Shown in pieces: positions 26,480 through 33,362 of a stretch of DNA of 49,690 nucleotides. The position numbers and the translations under genes were made by a program. The stretch's first letter is position 1. Every line of letters starts with the position of its first letter. The notes below the pieces were generated by a model. The model saw nothing but the letters and a program-made list of their open reading frames with translations, was not told the DNA's origin and did not search any database. This stretch comes from Thiobacillaceae bacterium (GTDB taxonomy: Bacteria; Pseudomonadota; Gammaproteobacteria; Burkholderiales; Thiobacillaceae): the NCBI GenBank assembly GCA_035332045.1, contig DAOQNK010000005.1, positions 1 through 49,690 on the forward strand. The letters run 5' to 3'.

Positions 26480-27396
26480 GACGTCTTCCCCTCCGCATGG
26501 CCGCTGAGGACCCAGTCCAGGGTGAGCTGTTCCACCCGGGCGGCCTCCCGGTGATGGGAAAAGGTGTGGTCCGCCTCGGGCAGGTGGACGATGCGGATCG
26601 CGGAATTGCGCATGGCTTTCTTCCAGCCTCCATGGTTCTTCATCAAGGCATTGAACTGGCTGGCCACGAGATCGTTCCCGCTGAGCAGGGTCAGCACCCG
26701 CCCCCGGTAGGCGCCCAGGCCGGCCAGCATGCGGTCGATGTAGCCATCCTGGCCATGGCGCGGGTCCAGGGCTGGCGCCTTGACCTCGCCGCCGCCCGCG
26801 GCCACGGCCGCCTCGCGAAAACCGCCGGCGGAATCCTTCAAATTTACGCCGCCGCTCAGCAACTTCTTCCAGAAGGCGGGCTGGAGGATACGACGCAAAT
26901 AGTAGTGCCGCAGCCGGGAACTGGCGGCGCCCTGGGGTGAATGCACCCAGGGATTGAGGAGGACCAGGGACGCCACCCGGGCATCGCCGGCGGCGTAGTA
27001 GAGGAGGGCGGAGGCGGCGTCGCACAAGCCCCACAGGGTCAGGTGCCGGACTTCCGGCGCAGCCGCGAGGAAGGCGTCGATGGCGGCCCGGAGGTCGGCG
27101 TCCACCGCCTCGAAATTGCGGAACTCGCCGCTGGCATCCCCCATGCCCCGGTAGTCGAAGCGGAAGGTGGTCACGCCTCGGCTGGCCAGGGCCCGGGCCA
27201 GCAGGGTGAACTGGCGGTGGCTGCCGGCCCGGTACTGGGGCCCCCCCACCACCACCAGGAGACCGTGGCCCGAGGGGGTGGCGGGCCGGGAAACGATCCC
27301 CGTGAGCGCCTCGCCTTCGCAGGCGAAGACCACGGGCCTTTCCCGGAAGGGCTCTCCACCCAGCCGGGCGGCGGGGAGCAGGGCATCAGCGGTCAT
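26476..27396 (-). CDS. Alpha/beta-fold protein of the 'hydrolase 1, exosortase A system-associated' type
   Basis: The sequence reads HGLLVVVGGPQYRAGSHRQF..FRFDYRGMGDASG..LTLWGLCDAASAL..LLNPW. The ATG at 27396 overlaps the upstream gene by 11 nt. Confidence 0.8.
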   Translation of the reverse strand: MTADALLPAARLGGEPFRERPVVFACEGEALTGIVSRPATPSGHGLLVVVGGPQYRAGSHRQFTLLARALASRGVTTFRFDYRGMGDASGEFRNFEAVDADLRAAIDAFLAAAPEVRHLTLWGLCDAASALLYYAAGDARVASLVLLNPWVHSPQGAASSRLRHYYLRRILQPAFWKKLLSGGVNLKDSAGGFREAAVAAGGGEVKAPALDPRHGQDGYIDRMLAGLGAYRGRVLTLLSGNDLVASQFNALMKNHGGWKKAMRNSAIRIVHLPEADHTFSHHREAARVEQLTLDWVLSGHAEGKTS

Positions 27397-28231
27397 GGCC
27401 GGTCTCCGTCGCCACCCCCAGGGCCGCCAGGGTAGGGGCCTCGAGGGCTTCGCATTCACAGATTTCCTGGGTGCCCCAGAACGGGTCGCCAGCCACCGTC
27501 GCGGTCTCCACCATCACCCCCGCGGAGCGCCAGGCCTCCACCACCCGCCGGCCAGCCGGGGCGATGTCGGGTCCCGCCTTCGCGCCCACCTCCAGCCAGG
27601 TCACCGCGCCGGCAGGGTGGATGTCAGCCAGGCGCAATCCGGCCAGGTCGCGGGCCATGGCGGGCGACAGGCCATAGCCACCCACTTCGATGACCGCACC
27701 GCCTTCGAGACTCTCGCGCAGGGCCCGGGTATCGGCCTGGGCCTTGCCGTCGGCCAGCATTTCGGACGCCAGCTTGATGCGCAGGAATTGGTTGAGGAAC
27801 AGTTCGCCGGCGGGCACGGGCTGCCAGAGCACCAGAGTCCGGGTGCCAGCCTCGGCGGCCAATTCCGCCGCCAGGGTGGCCCCCAGGCGCAGGCCCCACA
27901 AGGCCGGGGGCTCCGGCACCCTGTCCGCCAGCCAGGCCAGGGCCCGTTTGGCATCGGTGCGCCATAAACCCAGGTTGGCATCGGAGAAATCGCCGGCGCT
28001 GTCGCCACAACCCGTCAGGTCCGGCTGCAGGACGGCGAAGCCGGCGGCAGCCAGGGCGCGGGCCATTCTGGCCGCCATGCGCCGCGACTTGTGCATCTCC
28101 TCGGCGAAGGGATGCAGGTAAAGCACCGCGCCCCGGGGCGTCGTGCCGGCCGGCACGGTGTACTGGCAGAACAGCGGACCTTGGGAACCCTCCAGGAAAA
28201 AAGGCTCGATCCGGAGGCCCTCGGAGGACAC
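27386..28231 (-). CDS. Alpha/beta-fold protein of the 'hydrolase 2, exosortase A system-associated' type
   Basis: The GTG at 28231 is 1 nt after the ACP stop. The sequence reads AVLYLHPFAEEMHKSRRM..LQPDLTGCGDSAGDF..ALWGLRLGATLAAEL. Confidence 0.8.
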   Translation of the reverse strand: MSSEGLRIEPFFLEGSQGPLFCQYTVPAGTTPRGAVLYLHPFAEEMHKSRRMAARMARALAAAGFAVLQPDLTGCGDSAGDFSDANLGLWRTDAKRALAWLADRVPEPPALWGLRLGATLAAELAAEAGTRTLVLWQPVPAGELFLNQFLRIKLASEMLADGKAQADTRALRESLEGGAVIEVGGYGLSPAMARDLAGLRLADIHPAGAVTWLEVGAKAGPDIAPAGRRVVEAWRSAGVMVETATVAGDPFWGTQEICECEALEAPTLAALGVATETGHDR

Positions 28232-28232
28232 G

Positions 28233-28484
28233 TCAGCCGCCCAGCTTCTGTTCCGCGAAATCCACCAGGGTGCCCAGGGTGGCGAAGGTTTCGGCGCTGA
28301 TCTCGTCATCGCCCACGGTGATGCCGAAGTAGTCCTCCATGGCGGTGAGGATGCCCACGACCGCCATGGAATCCAGTTCGGGAATGGCGCCCAGCAGGGG
28401 CGAATCGGGAGTGAGCGCGTCGGCGCGGGGCCCCAGCTGGAGGGTCTGGGCAAGCAGGTTCCGGACGTCTTGGATGACGGACAT
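28233..28484 (-). CDS. Acyl carrier protein (phosphopantetheine-binding), exosortase-A-associated type
   Basis: 83 aa. The sequence ..LGAIPELDSMAVVGILTAMEDYFGI.. carries the DSx attachment-serine motif. Confidence 0.8.
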   Translation of the reverse strand: MSVIQDVRNLLAQTLQLGPRADALTPDSPLLGAIPELDSMAVVGILTAMEDYFGITVGDDEISAETFATLGTLVDFAEQKLGG

Positions 28485-28624
28485 GGCGGGATCGGGCAGG
28501 TTCTGGAAGGGGAAAGTGTATGCTACCGGCGCCTTCCCCCGCTATGCGGGCGGTGAGGCCCGGGCCGCCGTCGCCTACAATGCGCCCGGGGCGCCCGTGT
28601 GGCGCGCATCGAGGATTGCACGAG

Positions 28625-30211
28625 ATGACAGGTCTGGTTCACGAATTGATCTACGCCGGCGCGGCCCGCACGCCGGCGGCCCCCGCCCTGCAGGATGGCA
28701 AGACGACCCTGGATTACGCCGGGCTGGCCGGCGAGGTCTCGGCCGCCGCGAATTTCTACCTGGGCCTGGGCCTGGAGCGCTTCGAGCGCGTGGCGGTCTA
28801 CCTGGAAAAACGCCTGGACACCGTCACGGCCCTGTTCGGCGCCGCCGCCGCCGGAGGGGTGTTCGTCCCGGTGAACCCCCTGCTCAAGCCGGAACAGGTG
28901 GGCCATATCCTGGCCGACTGCAATGTCCGCATCCTGGTCACTTCACCGGAACGCCTGGAGTTGCTCCGGCCCATCCTGCCCCATTGCCGTGACCTGCGCG
29001 CCCTGGTGCTGGTGGGGGACAAGCCGGCGGCGCCGGTGGACGGTCTGGCCCTGGCCCACTGGCGGGACCGCCAAGGCGCCCCGGCGTCGGCCCCTCACCG
29101 GGTCATCGACGGCGACATGGCCGCGATCCTCTACACCTCGGGCAGCACGGGCCGGCCCAAGGGCGTGGTGCTGTCCCACCGCAACGTGGTGGCCGGCGCC
29201 GAGAGTGTCTCCCAATACCTGGAGAACACCCCGGAGGACCGTATCCTTTCCGTCCTGCCCCTCTCTTTCGATTACGGCCTGTCCCAGCTCACCACCGCTT
29301 TCCGGGTGGGCGCCTGCGCCGTGTTGATGAACTACCTCCTGCCCCGGGACGTGATCCGGGCCGTGGAGCGGGAAAGAATCACCGGTTTGGCCGCCGTTCC
29401 GCCCCTTTGGGTGCAGCTGGCCCAGCTGGACTGGCCGGCCGGGGTGACCGAGCACCTGCGCTACTTCACCAACTCCGGGGGCCACATGCCCAAGCCCACT
29501 CTGGATGGGCTGCGCGCCCGCTTGCCCAAGACCCGGCCCTTCCTCATGTACGGCCTCACCGAGGCCTTCCGGTCCACCTACCTGCCGCCCGAGGAGGTGG
29601 ACCGGCGTCCGGATTCCATGGGTAAGGCCATCCCCAACGCCGAGATCCTGGTGGTCCGGGAGGACGGCACCCCCTGCGCGCCGGGCGAGCCGGGCGAACT
29701 GGTGCATCGGGGCATCCATGTGGCCCTGGGCTACTGGAACGACCCGGAAAAGACCGCCGAACGCTACCGGCCGGCGCCGGGCCAGCTGGCCGGCCTGGTC
29801 ATTCCGGAGCTTGCCGTGTGGTCCGGCGATACGGTGCGCAAGGACGAGGATGGCTACCTCTATTTCATCGGCCGGCGCGACGAGATGATCAAGACATCGG
29901 GCTACCGGGTGAGCCCCTCCGAGGTGGAAGAGGTGGTGTATGCCACCGGCCTGGTGGCCGAGGTGGCCGCCACCGGCATCGCCCACGCCCAGCTCGGCCA
30001 GGCCGTGGTCCTGGTGGTGTACGACCCCTCGGGCGGCGCCGATGTCGCGGCCCGGCTGCTGGCGGAATGCAAGAACAAGCTGCCAGGCTTCATGGTGCCC
30101 ACCCACATCGAGGTCCGGGAAGAACCGCTGCCCCGCAACCCCAACGGCAAGATCGACCGCAAGCGCCTGGCCGGCGAACTGGCGGGCCTGTTCGAGGAGG
30201 CCGCGCCATGA
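28625..30211 (+). CDS. AMP-forming acyl-CoA/ACP ligase, exosortase-A-associated type
   Basis: I chose the ATG at 28625. The AMP-binding core is ILYTSGSTGRPKGVVLSH. Other blocks are YGLTEAF, SGDTVRKDEDGYLYFIGRRDEMIKTSGYRVSP and PRNPNGKIDR. Confidence 0.85.
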   Translation: MTGLVHELIYAGAARTPAAPALQDGKTTLDYAGLAGEVSAAANFYLGLGLERFERVAVYLEKRLDTVTALFGAAAAGGVFVPVNPLLKPEQVGHILADCNVRILVTSPERLELLRPILPHCRDLRALVLVGDKPAAPVDGLALAHWRDRQGAPASAPHRVIDGDMAAILYTSGSTGRPKGVVLSHRNVVAGAESVSQYLENTPEDRILSVLPLSFDYGLSQLTTAFRVGACAVLMNYLLPRDVIRAVERERITGLAAVPPLWVQLAQLDWPAGVTEHLRYFTNSGGHMPKPTLDGLRARLPKTRPFLMYGLTEAFRSTYLPPEEVDRRPDSMGKAIPNAEILVVREDGTPCAPGEPGELVHRGIHVALGYWNDPEKTAERYRPAPGQLAGLVIPELAVWSGDTVRKDEDGYLYFIGRRDEMIKTSGYRVSPSEVEEVVYATGLVAEVAATGIAHAQLGQAVVLVVYDPSGGADVAARLLAECKNKLPGFMVPTHIEVREEPLPRNPNGKIDRKRLAGELAGLFEEAAP

Positions 30212-31434
30212 ACGCGCCGGTCCACGCTCCCCATCTTTTCCAGGTACGGGACAACGAACTCCTCATCGGCGGCGTTCCCGTCACCCGCCTGGCCGAAAGA
30301 GCCGGACGGACGCCCTTCTATGCCTACGACCGGGCCATGCTCGGCGGCCGTGTCGCCGAATTGCGGGCAGCCCTGCCCCGGGACATCCACCTGCACTACG
30401 CCATCAAGGCCAATCCCATGCCCGCCCTGGTCCAGCACATGGCCGGGCTGGTGGATGGCTTCGACCTGGCCTCGGCGGGGGAGATGAAAATCGCCCTGGA
30501 CACCCCCATGCCGGCGGACAAGATCAGCTTCGCCGGCCCGGGCAAGTCCGAGGCCGAACTGCGCCAGGCTGCCGCGGCCGGCGTGGTGGTCAACCTGGAA
30601 TCCGAACTGGAGATGGAACGCCTGGCCCGGGCCGGCGAGGCCCTGGGACTCCGGCCCAAGGCGGCGGTCCGGGTGAACCCGGATTTCGAACTCAAGTCCT
30701 CGGGCATGAAGATGGGGGGCGGCCCCAAGCAGTTCGGCGTCGACGCCGAGCGGGTCCCCGCCATGCTGGCCCGCATGGCCGAGCTGCCCCTGGAATTCCA
30801 GGGTTTTCACATCTTCTCCGGCTCCCAGAACCTGAAGGCCGACTCCCTGATGGAGGCCCAGCGCAACACCTTCGACCTGGCGCGACGGCTGGCCGCTGCA
30901 GCGCCCGGGCCGGTGCGCCTCCTCAACCTGGGCGGCGGCTTCGGCATTCCCTACTTCCCCGGGGAACGGCGCCTGGACCTGAAGGCGGTGGGTGACCACC
31001 TGGCCGGCTTGATGCCGGCGGCCCGGGCGGACTTCCCCGAGGCGGAATTCGTCATCGAACTGGGCCGCTACCTGGTGGGCGAAGCGGGCCTCTACGTCAC
31101 CCGGGTGGTGGACCGCAAGGAATCCCGGGGACAGGTGTTCCTGGTGACCGATGGCGGCCTGCATCACCATCTGTCGGCCTCCGGCAATTTCGGCCAGGTC
31201 ATCCGCAAGAACTATCCGGTGCTGGTGGGCAACCGGGTGAACGCCGAGCAACCCGGCCAGGCCAGCGTGGTCGGCCCCCTTTGCACGCCCCTGGACCTGC
31301 TGGGGGAACGCATGGACCTGGGCCACGCCCAGGTGGGCGACCTCATCGTCGTCTTGCAATCCGGCGCCTACGGCCCCACCGCCAGCCCGGCGGCTTTCCT
31401 GGGCCACCCGCCGGCCCAGGAACTGCTGGTCTGA
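30208..31434 (+). CDS. PLP-dependent decarboxylase (Orn/DAP/Arg decarboxylase fold-III family), exosortase-A-associated type
   Basis: The start overlaps the ligase stop (ATGA). The PLP-lysine motif is HYAIKANP, the Gly-rich loop is LNLGGGFGIPY, and ..GPLCTPLD.. and SGAYG are present. Confidence 0.85.
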   Translation: MNAPVHAPHLFQVRDNELLIGGVPVTRLAERAGRTPFYAYDRAMLGGRVAELRAALPRDIHLHYAIKANPMPALVQHMAGLVDGFDLASAGEMKIALDTPMPADKISFAGPGKSEAELRQAAAAGVVVNLESELEMERLARAGEALGLRPKAAVRVNPDFELKSSGMKMGGGPKQFGVDAERVPAMLARMAELPLEFQGFHIFSGSQNLKADSLMEAQRNTFDLARRLAAAAPGPVRLLNLGGGFGIPYFPGERRLDLKAVGDHLAGLMPAARADFPEAEFVIELGRYLVGEAGLYVTRVVDRKESRGQVFLVTDGGLHHHLSASGNFGQVIRKNYPVLVGNRVNAEQPGQASVVGPLCTPLDLLGERMDLGHAQVGDLIVVLQSGAYGPTASPAAFLGHPPAQELLV

Positions 31435-31456
31435 ACCGATAACGGCCTCGACCAGC

Positions 31457-32557
31457 ATGAATAGCGGGCCGGTCCGCCGCGCGTCGGGGAAGATGGCCTC
31501 CATCGAGGGGGCCCGGGGTATCGCCGCGATCCTGGTCGTGCTCATGCACTGCACCCACCTGATGCGGGTGGAGCAGTTCAGCGGCCATGTGGGGCTGGGC
31601 GGCATTTTCGACTTCGGTTACGTCGGGGTGGATTTCTTCTTCGTTCTCAGCGGTTTCATCATCACCTTCGTGCACCACCCCGACCTCGGGCGCTGGCAAA
31701 GCCTGCCCGTCTACCTGTGGCGACGGCTGACGCGCATCTATCCCATCTACTGGATCAGCCTGGGCATCTATATCGCGGTGGCCCTGCTGGGCCGCCTGGC
31801 CCTGGGCAAGCCCCCCGCCCTGGACATGGGCTGGTCAGACTTTCCCGCCACCGTGCTCCTCGCCATGACCGGCGAGCCCAAGTACGTGGGGGTGGCCTGG
31901 TCCCTGCAATATGAAATCGTCTTCTACCTGGCGTTCTGCCCGCTGATCCTCAGCGCCCGCCTGGGTTTCACCCTGTTCGCGGTCTGGGCCTTGGCCATCC
32001 TCCTGGCGTTGGCGGGGGGCTTCGACCCTGGCAGGGCCGGTTTCCTGTTCAATGGCCACTGCCTGGAATTCCTGATGGGGGTAGGCATCGGTCTGGCCGC
32101 CCGGAGGCTCAGGCACCGCCCTGCCTGGGCGGGGATGCTGCCGCTGGCGCTGGGCGCCTTTGTCCTGGCCGTCGTCTACGAGATGCTTCTGAGCCCGGCA
32201 CGGCATGGCGCCGATGGCCGCATTTTGTTGGGCGCCGCCTCGGCCGCCATTCTCTGGTGCCTGATCCGGCTTGAAACCGGGGGCGGCATTCGCACACCCG
32301 CCTGGCTCGGCGCGCTGGGCTCGGTGTCTTATTCGATTTACCTGACCCATGTGGTCTTCATCAACGCGACATTCAGTGTGCTCAACCTGGCCCATCTGTA
32401 TCACGCCCTTCCGGACTGGGCCGTCTTTCTGATCGGCCTGGCCGGCGGCTTGGCGGGGGCCGGCATCGTGGGATATTTCCTCGAGCTTCCCCTGGTCCGC
32501 CGCCTGAAACACCTGGTGAAGTCCCCCAGGCCCGGGCACGCGGCGGGGCGAGGCTGA
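31457..32557 (+). CDS. Acyltransferase family 3 (AT3) integral membrane O-acyltransferase
   Basis: IEGARGIAAILVVLMHC...GVDFFFVLSGFIITF...RIYPIYW, with about 10 TM segments. Confidence 0.85.
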   Translation: MNSGPVRRASGKMASIEGARGIAAILVVLMHCTHLMRVEQFSGHVGLGGIFDFGYVGVDFFFVLSGFIITFVHHPDLGRWQSLPVYLWRRLTRIYPIYWISLGIYIAVALLGRLALGKPPALDMGWSDFPATVLLAMTGEPKYVGVAWSLQYEIVFYLAFCPLILSARLGFTLFAVWALAILLALAGGFDPGRAGFLFNGHCLEFLMGVGIGLAARRLRHRPAWAGMLPLALGAFVLAVVYEMLLSPARHGADGRILLGAASAAILWCLIRLETGGGIRTPAWLGALGSVSYSIYLTHVVFINATFSVLNLAHLYHALPDWAVFLIGLAGGLAGAGIVGYFLELPLVRRLKHLVKSPRPGHAAGRG

Positions 32558-32573
32558 GTCCGGGGAGCCCAAG

Positions 32574-33347
32574 GTGCGGCTCTCCAGCCTGTCCCGGCGC
32601 GTCGCCGTGGCCATGACTGCGGCGGCTTTGCTGGCACTCCCGCAGGCTTGCCATCAAGCCTGTCCCCCCGCGCCCCGTCTGCTGATCCTGGGGGACTCCA
32701 CGGCGGCACCGCTCTCCAGGGAACCCTCCGGCCATTTTGGCTGGGGCGAGGTCCTGCCCGCCTTGCTGAACGGCGTTGCCGTGGAGAACAGGGCTCTGCC
32801 AGGGGCCAGCGCGAAAAGCTTCCTGGCGGAAGCCTGGCCCGGGATTCATGCCGGGCTCCGGCCTGGCGACGTCGTCCTCGTGCAATTCGGACAGAATGAT
32901 CCCGCGCCGGATAGCCGTCGCCATGGCGAGCCTTACGGCGCTTACCGGGAGGCCCTGGCCCGCTTCGTGGAGGACATCCGCCGGGGAGGCGGGTTGCCCG
33001 TGCTCCTCACACCGCTCGCCCGCTACCGCTTCGAAGACAACCGGCTCCAGCCGGTCCACGGCCGCTACCCCGATGCCACCCGGGCGTTGGCCGCCGATCT
33101 GCGGATCCCCCTCATCGACCTCGGCGCCTGGAGCGAGTCGGAACTGGCCAAGCTCGGTCCCGCAGGGGCCAGGGCCTGGTTCCTTAGCGAGGATGGCCGC
33201 ATGGACGGTGTCCATTTCGGCCGAACGGGCGCCCAGGCGATCGCGCTGAAAATCCAGGCGAGCCTGGCGCAACTGGCCGGGACCCATGTCCTTGTCGATC
33301 GACTCCTCCACCCTCCCGGCCGGGCCGGCGCAAGCTGCGCCCCATGA
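32574..33347 (+). CDS. SGNH/GDSL hydrolase (rhamnogalacturonan-acetylesterase-like), exported
   Basis: GTG start after GGGGAG, with an N-terminal signal. SGNH blocks: LILGDSTA (I), LPGASAKSF (II), QFGQNDP (III) and DGVHF (V). Confidence 0.8.
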   Translation: MRLSSLSRRVAVAMTAAALLALPQACHQACPPAPRLLILGDSTAAPLSREPSGHFGWGEVLPALLNGVAVENRALPGASAKSFLAEAWPGIHAGLRPGDVVLVQFGQNDPAPDSRRHGEPYGAYREALARFVEDIRRGGGLPVLLTPLARYRFEDNRLQPVHGRYPDATRALAADLRIPLIDLGAWSESELAKLGPAGARAWFLSEDGRMDGVHFGRTGAQAIALKIQASLAQLAGTHVLVDRLLHPPGRAGASCAP

Positions 33348-33362
33348 CGCGTGGCCGGGGTA

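Noticed and set aside
24540-26633. A 697-aa ORF that looks like one large protein.
   Set aside because: Only the last 317 codons (from the ATG at 25493) form GluQ-RS. The upstream 380 codons are Arg/Gly/Pro-rich junk. They overlap, in another frame, the signal-peptide-bearing TPR-like gene (25523..26479) and the hydrolase 1 gene.
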